DNA from: Ilumatobacteraceae bacterium
Lineage (GTDB): Bacteria; Actinomycetota; Acidimicrobiia; Acidimicrobiales; Ilumatobacteraceae
DNA length: 64,000 nucleotides
Direction of reading: 5' to 3'
NCBI GenBank assembly: GCA_040402015.1
Contig: JBBANI010000002.1
Span: forward strand, 46,456-110,455
Part shown: one piece after another, positions 1 to 9,740 of the stretch
Layout of the letters: each line of letters starts with the position of its first letter
Numbering within the stretch: the first letter of the stretch is position 1
Translations under genes and position numbers: made by a program
The notes under the pieces: model-generated
Told to the model about the DNA's origin: nothing
Databases searched by the model: none
What the model saw: only the letters and a program-made list of their open reading frames with translations

Positions 1-392
1 GCTGTGAGCAGCGTGACTGCTTGTTGGCGATTACGGCTGCCGGTTGGACCCGGGTCTGGGATGTCTCCCCTGTCAATACTTTCTTGCACTGATGCCACCA
101 CTAGTTCGAGGCCATACGTGCGCACGAATTCGTCTCTGTATTCAATTACTTCCGGAAAGTTATGGCCGGTGTCAACCTGCATGACTGGAAATGGCAAACG
201 TGCTGGTGCAAATGCCTTAATGGCAAGCCACAGCAACACAGCTGAGTCTTTTCCACCAGAGAACAGCAATACAGGCGATTCGCATCCTGACACCACTTCT
301 CTGATGATTGTAATTGCTTCTGACTCAAGACGATCAAGATGTGATCGGCTTGCAAGTATTTCTAATTCGTTCTGTGATGTCACTGCACTCAT
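1..392 (-). CDS. cysD: sulfate adenylyltransferase subunit 2 (CysD), N-terminal part; the gene runs off the left edge
   Basis: Absent from the ORF track because there is no stop in the window. My own minus-strand translation from ATG at 392 (AGGAGA just upstream) reads MSAVTSQNELEILASRSHLDRLESEAITIIREVV..PVLLFSGGKDSAVLLWLAIKAF..MQVDTGHNFPEVIEYRDEF. It carries the SGGKDS PP-loop and the DTGHNFPE motif and lies directly downstream of cysH. Confidence 0.8.
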   Translation of the reverse strand, partial: MSAVTSQNELEILASRSHLDRLESEAITIIREVVSGCESPVLLFSGGKDSAVLLWLAIKAFAPARLPFPVMQVDTGHNFPEVIEYRDEFVRTYGLELVVASVQESIDRGDIPDPGPTGSRNRQQAVTLLT

Positions 393-419
393 TTGCGTCT
401 CCTAATTGTTCTTCGATTT

Positions 420-1112
420 CTAGATGTGCAATCCGCACTCGGTTTTTGCTTGGCCAGCCCAGCGGCCAGCACGTTTGTCTTCGCCATCAGCAACAGGCTT
501 TGTGCATGGCCAACAACCAATGCTTGGGTAGCCCCGATCTTTCAATGGATTACGTGGAAGTTGATGGAGAAACTCATAGGTCTCCATTTCTTCATCGCTA
601 TACAGCGCCAATGGGTTGATCTTTAAAACATTGCGTACTCCATCAAGTGACACGACTGGAGTCTCTGCTCGAGTGGGGCCATCAATACGACGAACACCAG
701 TTACCCACCCGGTCTTTTCCGACAACACTGCATAAAGCGGCAACACTTTACGCACATTGCAGCAGGCTTCCGTGTCGCGCTGCCACAAATTGTCTGGAGT
801 GACCTGCAGAGGGTGAACGACACGAAGATTGGCATCAAATTTTTTGCGGAACTCTTCGGCAAGCCATTGTGTTTCTGCAAACAAGTACTGCGTATCAATC
901 ATCACGATTTCAATTCCGGGAACCGCTACTGCCGCAACATGTGCAAGAACCACATCTTCAAAACTGCATGTCACGGTGATGTCACTTCCCACTCGGTCTG
1001 CAGCCCAGCGCACAATGTCAACGGGCGTGGCATGCTCAAGGTCGCGGGCAGCAGTTGCTATCTCGTCTGCGTGAAGAGCGACGGACGTTTTGGTCCATGT
1101 GGTCGTTGGCAT
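420..1112 (-). CDS. cysH: adenylylsulfate/phosphoadenylylsulfate reductase (thioredoxin-dependent, Fe-S type)
   Basis: 230 aa. It has the PAPS_reduct fold, the Cys pair CCNVRK plus SIGCWPCT (four-Cys cluster signature of APS reductases) and the C-terminal ECGLHI motif. Confidence 0.9.
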   Translation of the reverse strand: MPTTTWTKTSVALHADEIATAARDLEHATPVDIVRWAADRVGSDITVTCSFEDVVLAHVAAVAVPGIEIVMIDTQYLFAETQWLAEEFRKKFDANLRVVHPLQVTPDNLWQRDTEACCNVRKVLPLYAVLSEKTGWVTGVRRIDGPTRAETPVVSLDGVRNVLKINPLALYSDEEMETYEFLHQLPRNPLKDRGYPSIGCWPCTKPVADGEDKRAGRWAGQAKTECGLHI

Positions 1113-1183
1113 TCAACCAATCTAGCGTTATTCCTGACTAAATCAGTCATATTTATCAGGAATGGTAAACCCTTGCAGGGTAT

Positions 1184-1209
1184 GGAAAAGGCCACCCCGA
1201 GAGGTGGCC
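1184..1209 (-). terminator. rho-independent terminator candidate after the SDR-MaoC operon
   Basis: GGCCACC (1190-1196) pairs with GGTGGCC (1203-1209) around a 6-nt loop. On the minus strand the hairpin is followed by TTTTCC. It sits 22 nt downstream of the MaoC stop. Confidence 0.55.
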
Positions 1210-1230
1210 AAATCCGAATTATCTAGGTAA

Positions 1231-2088
1231 TTAGCTGAAGCGCACAAGCCCTTGGTCGATAACGACCCGGTCGCCAACAGACGTTGTGAACACGGCTTCG
1301 CCTTTGCTTGTTTCCCACATCTTGATGGTGAGTGCTTCGCCAGGAAATACTGGAGATGCGAATCTGCCTTCAATGTGCTTAAAGCGATTTGCATCGCCGC
1401 CACACAGAGCATTCAACAAGCCGCGACCTGTGAATCCGTATGTGCAAAGACCATGCAAGATGGGCCGTGGGAATACGCCTGCTGCAACAGCAGGATGATT
1501 TGGGTCTGAGTGCAATGGGTTGCGGTCACCGTTCAAGCGATACAACAACGCTTGGTCAAGCGACGTCTGAAATGTGATCTCATGGTCAGGAGCTTTTGCT
1601 GGTGGTTCATTTTGTGCACCGCTTGGTCCACGTTCTCCACCAAAGCCGCCTGCATCACGAATGAACACGGACGAACGAGTTGAGTACAACGGCTCGCCAT
1701 CAGCATCAGTTGCTTCGGCCTCAGTCACTATGACTGCAGCTTTCACTTTGTCATACATTGCAACAAGCTTGCTTTGTACCGTTGCGGTTCCTTCAACAGG
1801 AAGCGGTTGGTGCAAAGTGATTGATTGTGACGCGTGCACAAGGTTTGCGAAATTGAATTCACCAACATTGCGCATTGGGTTTGACGCTGCAGTTGCCTGA
1901 CCTGAGCCCAAAACAACGGGCATTGTAGGAAGTGCCTTTTGTGTGACGCCGGTTGAGTTTTCTGTGACGTAATCCAATTGATCTGAACTGACATTGAGGC
2001 TGACTGCATAGAGCAATGAATCCTTTGATGTCCATGAGATCTTGTACGGCTCGCCGACTGATCCGACTGCTTCTGGGTTAAGTGCCAT
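1231..2088 (-). CDS. MaoC-family (R)-specific enoyl-CoA hydratase, double hot-dog
   Basis: 285 aa. Hydratase-2 motif YRLNGDRNPLHSDPNHPA. It lies 20 nt downstream of an MFE-2-type SDR. Confidence 0.85.
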   Translation of the reverse strand: MALNPEAVGSVGEPYKISWTSKDSLLYAVSLNVSSDQLDYVTENSTGVTQKALPTMPVVLGSGQATAASNPMRNVGEFNFANLVHASQSITLHQPLPVEGTATVQSKLVAMYDKVKAAVIVTEAEATDADGEPLYSTRSSVFIRDAGGFGGERGPSGAQNEPPAKAPDHEITFQTSLDQALLYRLNGDRNPLHSDPNHPAVAAGVFPRPILHGLCTYGFTGRGLLNALCGGDANRFKHIEGRFASPVFPGEALTIKMWETSKGEAVFTTSVGDRVVIDQGLVRFS

Positions 2089-2108
2089 TGTGTGTCCTTC
2101 TTATTTCT

Positions 2109-3041
2109 TTATCGAGCGCTCTGAGGCCATGTGCCGTCTTGACCGTTCATGCCCGCGTTAGGGCGAGCATTCTTCAACAACTCAGCAACGATAGGTCCGA
2201 GAGTGGTTGGGTCTTCTACTGGAGCATGACTGGGGCCACGATGCCAACCTTCAGCAATAGCGAGTGTTTGACCACTTGCTTCGAAGATGCGACCAGTAAC
2301 GCCAGCAGCTTCATCAGAAGCAAGCCAGGTAACGATTGGTGCGATCCAACGTGGTGAACGCATTTCGCGCTCTTCGTCGGTCTCTGGTGCATTGCCAAGA
2401 CCTTCTGTCATACGAGTAAGCGCAACAGGTGCCACTGCGTTCACCGTGACGTTGAAGCGTGCAAGCTCGAGTGCAGCGATGATGGTGAAAGAAGCGATAC
2501 CAGCTTTTGCAGCGCCATAGTTCGTTTGTCCGAGGTTTCCGTAGATACCAGACACAGAAGTCGTGTTGATAATTCGGCCTGATGTTGGCTTGCCGGCCTT
2601 TGCCTGCTCGCGCCAGTAGGCAGCTGCCCAACGTGATGGACCAAAGGTTCCCTTGAGATGAACCTTGATAACTGCATCCCACTCTTCTTCAGTCATGTTT
2701 GTGAGCATGCGGTCGCGCAAGATACCTGCGTTGTTCACAACAATGTTCAAGTCACCGAATGATTCAACTGCTTGGTTGATGAGGCGCTGTGAGCCTTCCC
2801 ATGACGAAATGTCATCGCCGTTAGAAACTGCTTCGCCACCCATTGCCTTGATCTCTGCAACAACTTGATCTGCAGGGCTTAGGTCGCCACCGCTTCCATC
2901 AACGTTTCCGCCGAGGTCGTTAACAACAACCTTTGCGCCTTGACTTGCCAGACTGAGCGCATGCTCGCGGCCAATGCCACGACCTGCTCCTGTAACGACT
3001 GCGACGCGTCCTTCACACAACTTTGCCACGATGGCCTCCAT
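2109..3041 (-). CDS. short-chain dehydrogenase, MFE-2/HSD17B4-like 3-hydroxyacyl-CoA dehydrogenase type
   Basis: 310 aa. TGAGRGIG cofactor loop, NNAGILRD, and YGAAK (YxxxK) catalytic motif. Confidence 0.85.
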   Translation of the reverse strand: MEAIVAKLCEGRVAVVTGAGRGIGREHALSLASQGAKVVVNDLGGNVDGSGGDLSPADQVVAEIKAMGGEAVSNGDDISSWEGSQRLINQAVESFGDLNIVVNNAGILRDRMLTNMTEEEWDAVIKVHLKGTFGPSRWAAAYWREQAKAGKPTSGRIINTTSVSGIYGNLGQTNYGAAKAGIASFTIIAALELARFNVTVNAVAPVALTRMTEGLGNAPETDEEREMRSPRWIAPIVTWLASDEAAGVTGRIFEASGQTLAIAEGWHRGPSHAPVEDPTTLGPIVAELLKNARPNAGMNGQDGTWPQSAR

Positions 3042-3132
3042 GATTCATTGGGCACCCGACGGATGCCACCTCTCAATAGTACGAACTCATGTCACTACCC
3101 ACATAGCCCGACTGCCCTCTAGCCTCTGAATC

Positions 3133-4335
3133 GTGGCAAGCAAGGTCCTTATCATCGGAGCAGGTCCCTCAGGAACTGCCTGTGCCGCCACCCTGCATCG
3201 CCTCGGTCACGACGTGACTGTGGTGGACAAAGCCACGTTCCCGCGCGACAAATGTTGTGGCGATGGCCTCACCACAAACGCATTGCGAATCCTTGACAAG
3301 CTTGGCTTTGACCCGTCCCGTGTGCCCGATTGGCAAGTCACCGCTGACGTTGTCGTGCACTCGCCAACTGGGCGAACAATTGAACTAGCACTGCCAGATG
3401 TTGGTGGCACCTTTGCAGCGATTGCGCCTCGGTCACAATTTGACCATGCGCTAGTGCAACACTGCCGAGATGCAGGAATAACGATTCATGAGGGGCACGC
3501 ATTTGTGTCGCTTTCAGAAACGGACACATCGATAGTTGTCGACGTTGAGGGCCTTGAGCCAATCACCGTCGACTATGTCGTTGCTGCTGATGGCATGTGG
3601 TCGCCGGTGCGAAAAGCAATGGGGCTATCTACTGCCGGCTATCTCGGTGAGTGGCATGCGTTTCGCCAATACATCAGCAATGTCACTGGTACTGGCGCAA
3701 CTCGACTACATGTGTGGTTCGAAAAAGATTTGCTGCCTGGCTATGCATGGTCATTTCCATTGCCAGGCAACCGAGCAAACTTTGGATACGGCATTTTGCG
3801 CACATCTGAACGCAGCACAAAATTTATGAACAATACGTGGCGCGATTTACTCACTCGTCCTCACATTCGTGAAGCACTCGGAGCAGACTTCGTGCCAGAA
3901 GATCGCCACACCGCATGGCCTATCCCCGCACGAATTGACGAAGCCGTCCGATCTTCAGGGCGTGTTCTTTTTGTCGGAGACGCGGTGTGTGCCACTGACA
4001 CGTTGACAGGTGAAGGAATCGGTCAAGCGTTGGAAACCGGAATCGCAGCTGCTGAATCAATTGATGCAGGCAACTCTCCTCGCGAAGTTCGTGCTCACTA
4101 TTCGCGCGCAATCGACCAAACTCTGCTCGCTGACCACCGCATGTCGGTGGCGCTCAGTTCGGTCTTGGCCCGCCCATTTTTTACCCGCCTGGTCCTTGCT
4201 CTCGTCGATACGAACAAATGGACCCGCACCAACTTTGCCCGCTGGATGTTTGAAGATGAGCCACGAGCCATTGTTTTGACTCCGCGACGCTGGCATCGCA
4301 AGTTCCTCAGCCGTTCGGGTGCGTACCAGTCCTGA
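3133..4335 (+). CDS. geranylgeranyl reductase family FAD-dependent oxidoreductase
   Basis: 400 aa with a GTG start. IIGAGPSGTACA dinucleotide fold, RDKCCGDGLT and GDAVCATDTLTGEGI motifs. Confidence 0.8.
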   Translation: MASKVLIIGAGPSGTACAATLHRLGHDVTVVDKATFPRDKCCGDGLTTNALRILDKLGFDPSRVPDWQVTADVVVHSPTGRTIELALPDVGGTFAAIAPRSQFDHALVQHCRDAGITIHEGHAFVSLSETDTSIVVDVEGLEPITVDYVVAADGMWSPVRKAMGLSTAGYLGEWHAFRQYISNVTGTGATRLHVWFEKDLLPGYAWSFPLPGNRANFGYGILRTSERSTKFMNNTWRDLLTRPHIREALGADFVPEDRHTAWPIPARIDEAVRSSGRVLFVGDAVCATDTLTGEGIGQALETGIAAAESIDAGNSPREVRAHYSRAIDQTLLADHRMSVALSSVLARPFFTRLVLALVDTNKWTRTNFARWMFEDEPRAIVLTPRRWHRKFLSRSGAYQS

Positions 4336-4357
4336 CAGCAGAACTACGGTTAGAGCC

Positions 4358-5320
4358 ATGAAGACACGCCTTACCGAAATGTTCAACATTGAATTACCCA
4401 TCATGCTTGCGGGCATGGGCGGTGTTTCCTATAGCGACCTTGTTGCAGCGGTCTCTGATGCCGGTGGCATCGGCACATTTGGCGCAGCGCCGATGTCAAC
4501 CGAATTTCTGACTTCAGAAATGGCTCGCGTTCGCACATTGACAGACAAGCCTTTCGGAGTCGACCTTCTCACTGCAGCACCGGACTCCGTTGCCCGCAAC
4601 ATCCAAGCAATCATCAATGGTGGAGCAAGTATCTACGTCGCTGGTCTTGGAGTGCCACGCGAAATTGTTGATGAGCTACATAGCCACAACATTCTTGTTG
4701 GTTCCATGTGTGGAAAAGTCCGCCATGCAACAGCAGCTGTTGCAAGTGGATGTGACTTTGTTGTCGCACAAGGAACAGAGGCCGGTGGCCATACCGGTGT
4801 TGTCGCCACGATGGCACTTGTGCCACAAGTTGTTGACGCTGTCAACGGCAAAGTTCCCGTTGTTGCAGCAGGTGGAATTTTTGATGGTCGCGGGTTAATG
4901 GCGTCACTTGCACTTGGTGCTGATGGCGTGTGGATCGGAACAAAGTTCATTGCCACGCACGAAGCACACACCGGTAAGGGCTACAAAGAAAAAATCCTTG
5001 AATCTCGCGAAGATGACGTTGTAGTCAGCAAGGGCTACACAGGCAAGACATGTCGCGTCATACGAACCGAGTGGAGCAACCATTGGGAAAAAAACCCATC
5101 AGAACTTCAAGGTTTTCCTGGTCAAGCTATCGCTGCAGCGCAAGCAGGAATTCAGCAACTCGGCTCAGGACCAGATGTAGTACTCGATACCAATCGTGCG
5201 TTTATGGCAGCCGGCCAAGCGGTCGGCGCAATTCACGAGATTCTTCCAGCGCGTCAGGTTGTCGAAAACATTATGAACGAAGCACGACGCACACTTGAGC
5301 GCCTCGCAGCATTTCGATAA
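4358..5320 (+). CDS. nitronate monooxygenase / FabK-like FMN oxidoreductase
   Basis: Motifs MLAGMGGVS and AQGTEAGGHTG. I prefer the ATG at 4358 (MKTRLTEMF) because the 4319 start overlaps the preceding gene. Confidence 0.85.
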   Translation: MKTRLTEMFNIELPIMLAGMGGVSYSDLVAAVSDAGGIGTFGAAPMSTEFLTSEMARVRTLTDKPFGVDLLTAAPDSVARNIQAIINGGASIYVAGLGVPREIVDELHSHNILVGSMCGKVRHATAAVASGCDFVVAQGTEAGGHTGVVATMALVPQVVDAVNGKVPVVAAGGIFDGRGLMASLALGADGVWIGTKFIATHEAHTGKGYKEKILESREDDVVVSKGYTGKTCRVIRTEWSNHWEKNPSELQGFPGQAIAAAQAGIQQLGSGPDVVLDTNRAFMAAGQAVGAIHEILPARQVVENIMNEARRTLERLAAFR

Positions 5321-5326
5321 CTCATA

Positions 5327-6562
5327 GTGTTTTCCTTATTGCGGCGTAACCGCGATGTGCGCTTGGTATTCGGCGCACAAGTGGTGTCATTTCTTGGCGA
5401 CTGGTTCGCATTCGTTGCACTCGCAGGCTTGGTAGAAGACGTCACAAACTCTCGATTCCTTGTGTCGCTTGTACTCGTGTCGATGACCATCCCTGGTCTC
5501 TTTATGTCGCCCATCGCGGGTTCGTTTGCGGACCGATTCGATCGTCGCAAAATCTTGATTATTGTCTCAATTCTTCAAGCCTTTGCTGCGTTGTTACTGC
5601 TTCTTCATTCTGTTGCGGGAATTTGGATCACATTTGTTGCTCAATGTCTGATTGCTGCACTTGCTTCATTTGTCGGACCGTCAACCAGCGCATCGGTACC
5701 CAACTTGGTAGACAATGAAGACGACTTGCGCAAAACTAATGCACTCTTTGGAAGTACATGGGGGACCATGCTTGCTGTTGGTGCAGCGTTGGGTGGAGTC
5801 TTTGCCGCAGTCTTCGGGCGAAATGCAGCATTCATCGCGAACGCCGTTTCATTCGTTGTAGCTGCCCTTCTTTTTTCGGGCGTGAAGCGACCGATGCAAA
5901 GTGAGCGCACACAAAACTCGAACAAAGGCCGTGTGCGTCCAATTGCCGACATGAAAGAAGCAATCAACGTCGCCAAGAAAGACCCTGTCATCCTTGCGCT
6001 TCTTTGTTCGAAGATGACATTTGCTGTTGGAGCTGGAATTGTCAGCCAACTTGCAGTTCTTGCATCGAACGTCTTCAATGTCGGTGACTCAGGCCGAGGA
6101 TTACTTATTGGCGTACGCGGAATCGGTTCCGGACTTGGCCCCATTCTTGGAGCCCAAATCGCTGGTCGCGATATGGCGAAACTTCTGAAAGTGTGCGGAT
6201 ACGCGGGGCTGGTTTTCGCCGTCTGTTACGTGGGGGCAGCATTAAGTCCGTTCATCGGAATGGCCGCAGTGTTTATTGCACTTGCTCACCTCAGCGGTGG
6301 AGCACAGTGGACGCTGTCAACGTTGGGATTACAAATGGAAGCACCAGATCATGTGCGTGGACGCGTGATGGCTGGCGATATGGCAATGGTGAACACCATG
6401 ATTGGTTTTACCAGCATCCTTGCCGGACTCACGTCTCAGTTCATCGGGGTCCGTCCGGCAATCATCATTTTTGCAGCAGCTGCAGCCGCCGCATCAGTGG
6501 TGTACCTATTTGCAACGGCCGGAATTATTCGGCGTCTGCGCAGCGAGACACCGCAGCAATGA
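5327..6562 (+). CDS. MFS transporter
   Basis: 411 aa with about 12 hydrophobic segments. MFS loop motif GSFADRFDRRKIL between TM2 and TM3. Confidence 0.8.
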   Translation: MFSLLRRNRDVRLVFGAQVVSFLGDWFAFVALAGLVEDVTNSRFLVSLVLVSMTIPGLFMSPIAGSFADRFDRRKILIIVSILQAFAALLLLLHSVAGIWITFVAQCLIAALASFVGPSTSASVPNLVDNEDDLRKTNALFGSTWGTMLAVGAALGGVFAAVFGRNAAFIANAVSFVVAALLFSGVKRPMQSERTQNSNKGRVRPIADMKEAINVAKKDPVILALLCSKMTFAVGAGIVSQLAVLASNVFNVGDSGRGLLIGVRGIGSGLGPILGAQIAGRDMAKLLKVCGYAGLVFAVCYVGAALSPFIGMAAVFIALAHLSGGAQWTLSTLGLQMEAPDHVRGRVMAGDMAMVNTMIGFTSILAGLTSQFIGVRPAIIIFAAAAAAASVVYLFATAGIIRRLRSETPQQ

Positions 6563-7691
6563 GTCTCGCTGGGCGAGGGTCGCCATCTATCGTTGTCATC
6601 ATTGTGTTCATCACGTAAGCAAAACCAAGCTCACGAGAAGGTTGTGCGAATGCACATGAACCGCCGGCGCCGTTGTGTCCAAAACTTGTCGGACCAGCAA
6701 ATGGCGTACGTTCAGAGTGCACCATAAAGCCCATTGCAAAATCAGTGGCAGACACAAGAATCGTGTCTAGCTCTCCGTGAGGCGTGTTGCTTGTAGCGGC
6801 CCTGTTGCGAGTTGACTCACCAAGCAATCGGACGCCATCAACGTCTGACACAAGCGCTGCATAAATACGAGCCAGTGAGCGTGCGTTAGAAATTCCGTTA
6901 GCCCCTGGAAGCTGCGATTGATGCACATCTTCCCTATTAAATGCCCCCTCACCGAATGCGCCATTCAGCGACAACGCGGCGGCCCCTTTTGTTCCCGGTC
7001 CACTTGTTTCCATCAGTGTTTTTACTTCTTCAGGTGAAAACTTAGGAATCGGATGGGCCATTAGCCGCGCTACCCGAGGCTCGAGTTCTGGTGGTAACCC
7101 AACATGCATCTCTGCACCTAACGGTCCGGCAATTTCTTCACGTACGAAGTCACCCAGACTTTTACCTGTAACGCGGCGAACCAGTTCACCAGCAAGCCAG
7201 CCAAAAGTTAAAGCGTGATACCCGTGAGTCGAGCCCACCGGGAACAGTGGTGCCGTATCAGCAAGTCGCCCTGTAACGGTGTTCCAGTCAAGTGCGTCTT
7301 CCAGCGAAATATCACCGTCAACCGTGTACAAACCAGCACGATGAGACATCAACTGAGCAACCGTAATCTCAGATTTCCCACGTGTGGCAAATTCAGGCCA
7401 GTACGTTGCGACCTTTTCGTCGTAGTTCAACAAACCACGCTCAACGCACATCGCTACTGCAATAGACGTAATGCCTTTTGTAGTTGAGAACACGACCTGA
7501 AGCGAATCGTTGTCATACGGGATGGTGAGATCACGATCACGCCAGCCACCCATGAGATCAACAACACATTTGCCGTGGTGATACACCGCAACACCTGCGC
7601 CTCGATCTTCCTTGATGTCAAAACTATGAATGAAGGCTTCACGAACAGGCTCCCAACCAGGAGCCACCACATCAACTGTCAGTATCGACAT
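6525..7691 (-). CDS. beta-lactamase-family serine hydrolase (EstB/class C-like esterase)
   Basis: 388 aa. SxxK nucleophile motif FSTTKGIT and a C-terminal HNGAGG (HxG-type) motif. Confidence 0.85.
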   Translation of the reverse strand: MSILTVDVVAPGWEPVREAFIHSFDIKEDRGAGVAVYHHGKCVVDLMGGWRDRDLTIPYDNDSLQVVFSTTKGITSIAVAMCVERGLLNYDEKVATYWPEFATRGKSEITVAQLMSHRAGLYTVDGDISLEDALDWNTVTGRLADTAPLFPVGSTHGYHALTFGWLAGELVRRVTGKSLGDFVREEIAGPLGAEMHVGLPPELEPRVARLMAHPIPKFSPEEVKTLMETSGPGTKGAAALSLNGAFGEGAFNREDVHQSQLPGANGISNARSLARIYAALVSDVDGVRLLGESTRNRAATSNTPHGELDTILVSATDFAMGFMVHSERTPFAGPTSFGHNGAGGSCAFAQPSRELGFAYVMNTMMTTIDGDPRPARLIAAVSRCADAE

Positions 7692-7693
7692 GA

Positions 7694-8746
7694 TCAGGCG
7701 TCGATGATTGAGCGAAGTTTTTCGATTTGGCCAACGGGGTCTGGACCAATGGGGTTCACTGACAACACAGTGACACCAGATTCTTTGAATGCAGCGACAC
7801 GCTCTTTAATGAAACCAGTCGAGCCAACAAGGTTGGCATTCATGATCCATTCACCAGGAATCGCTGCAGCAGCTTCAGCCTTCTTACCTTCAAGGTAGAA
7901 GTCCTGAATGTCAACTGCTTCTTTTTCGAATCCGTAATCACGGCAGATGTCGTTGTAGAAGTTCTTACCGCGAGCACCCATACCGCCGACATACAGCGCC
8001 ATATTCGGACGTGCCATGTCAAGAACTTTTTTCTGGGCATCACCGGTAAGTGAGTCATCAATCGCCAACATTCCGCCAGCTGAAATTTCAAGACGCGCAC
8101 GTGACGGGTCGCGCTTTGCAAGACCTGCCTTCAACTGATCGCCCCATACATTGTGGTAGCGCTCTGGGTAGAACATGATGGGAAGCCATCCGTCAGCTAT
8201 CTCTGCTGTTGCTTCAACACTTCTGTCTTTCAATGACGCCCACCAGATGGGGATGTCTTTGCGCACTGGATGGTTGATGATCTTGAGTGCCTTACCAAGG
8301 CCAGTTCCTTGGCCAGCTGGAAGAGGAATATCAACTGTCTTGCCGTGATATTCAAGTGGTGCTTCGCGTGCCCACACGTTGCGACAGACTTCGATGTATT
8401 CCTTGATGCGTTGCATTGGCTTTTCGTATGGAACTCCGTGGAAGCCTTCGATCACCTGAGGACCAGATGCACCAAGGCCAAGAATGAATCGGCCATCGCT
8501 GACATAGTCGCATCCCGCAGCGGTCATTGCCATCAATGCCGCTGTACGTGAGTACACATTGACAATTCCGGTACCGATTTCAATGCGATTTGTTTTCGCT
8601 GCCAGGTACCCCACTTGCGAGATGGCATCGAAGCTGTATGCCTCTGCGATCCATACTTGGTCAAGGCCTGCCTTTTCCAGTTCGACAACGCGGTCGGCGG
8701 CTTGCTTAAAGCCATCTGAATAACTGATTCCCATTGACAACTTCAT
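7694..8746 (-). CDS. LLM-class (luciferase-like) F420-dependent oxidoreductase
   Basis: TIM-barrel LLM pattern (MKLSMGISY.., GLGASGPQVIEG). The ATG at 8746 is preceded by GGGGGAAACC. The longer 8863 start adds 39 aa with no family resemblance. Confidence 0.8.
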   Translation of the reverse strand: MKLSMGISYSDGFKQAADRVVELEKAGLDQVWIAEAYSFDAISQVGYLAAKTNRIEIGTGIVNVYSRTAALMAMTAAGCDYVSDGRFILGLGASGPQVIEGFHGVPYEKPMQRIKEYIEVCRNVWAREAPLEYHGKTVDIPLPAGQGTGLGKALKIINHPVRKDIPIWWASLKDRSVEATAEIADGWLPIMFYPERYHNVWGDQLKAGLAKRDPSRARLEISAGGMLAIDDSLTGDAQKKVLDMARPNMALYVGGMGARGKNFYNDICRDYGFEKEAVDIQDFYLEGKKAEAAAAIPGEWIMNANLVGSTGFIKERVAAFKESGVTVLSVNPIGPDPVGQIEKLRSIIDA

Positions 8747-8852
8747 GGTTTCCCCCTTGAATACGTTCCTGAACTCTAGAACGACAACAGTCACCCGTGC
8801 GATTCGTGGGAATCTAGGTGCCAAATTGCCGATCTGGTGCGACAATGCAGGC

Positions 8853-9740
8853 GTGACAATCACACCGAATTCATTCTATATTTCAACTCGTGACGGCATT
8901 TCCCTGCGCATGTTGCAGTGGTCATCAGTTGATGAGTCCCCCGGCATCCCCATTCTTCTTATTCACGGTCTTGCGTCGAATGCCCGCCTCTGGGACGGGC
9001 CAGCGCGTCGCCTCGCCGAACTGGGTCATGCCGTAACGGCCATTGACCTGCGCGGACACGGCCTCAGCGACAAACCAGACGCTGGTTATGACATGGCAAA
9101 TGTTGCCGACGATGTTCTTGACGTGATCAACGCGCTCAGTTCACGTCAACGCAATTGGACACGACCCCTTGTCCTTGGGCAATCGTGGGGTGGAAACATC
9201 GTGGTGGAATATGCACATCGGCATGGCGACACAATTCGTGGCATCGTTGCGGTTGACGGCGGAAGTATTGAGTTGTCACAAGCATTCCCTGAATGGGAAC
9301 AGTGCAAGGTGACGATGGCGCCTCCAGCAATTGCAGGAATGCAATACGAAAAACTTCGGTCATATATTCGCGCTGCACATCTTGATTGGAGCGAAGAAGC
9401 AATTGATGGCCAGATGCACAATATGGAGCGCATGGCAGACAACACCATTCGCCCCCATCTCACTTTTGATCGACATATCGACGTTCTACACGGCCTATGG
9501 ATGCACAAGCCTTCAACATTGTGGGCTGGAATCAAGGTTCCGGTCATGTTTACGCCAGCATCTCGATCGGAAGATCAACATACGAAAACAAAACGTGCCC
9601 AAATTCAATTCGCACTCGACACCCTTTCTCATGGGCGCGTCGAATGGTTTACACCTGCCGACCATGATTTACACGCACAGTTTCCGTTGCAATTTGCTGG
9701 TGTAGTTGACGATGCCATCACTTCAGGATTCTTCTCGTGA
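8853..9740 (+). CDS. alpha/beta hydrolase
   Basis: LLIHGLASNARLW oxyanion region and the nucleophile elbow GQSWGG. The start is uncertain: GTG 8853 is preferred, because ATG 8745 would overlap the divergent LLM gene start. Confidence 0.75.
   Translation: MTITPNSFYISTRDGISLRMLQWSSVDESPGIPILLIHGLASNARLWDGPARRLAELGHAVTAIDLRGHGLSDKPDAGYDMANVADDVLDVINALSSRQRNWTRPLVLGQSWGGNIVVEYAHRHGDTIRGIVAVDGGSIELSQAFPEWEQCKVTMAPPAIAGMQYEKLRSYIRAAHLDWSEEAIDGQMHNMERMADNTIRPHLTFDRHIDVLHGLWMHKPSTLWAGIKVPVMFTPASRSEDQHTKTKRAQIQFALDTLSHGRVEWFTPADHDLHAQFPLQFAGVVDDAITSGFFS

Noticed and set aside
4-405. 133-aa plus-strand ORF at the left edge
   Set aside because: It is Ser/Arg/Cys-rich with no family resemblance. The opposite strand in this interval translates cleanly into CysD (SGGKDS PP-loop), so this is a shadow ORF.
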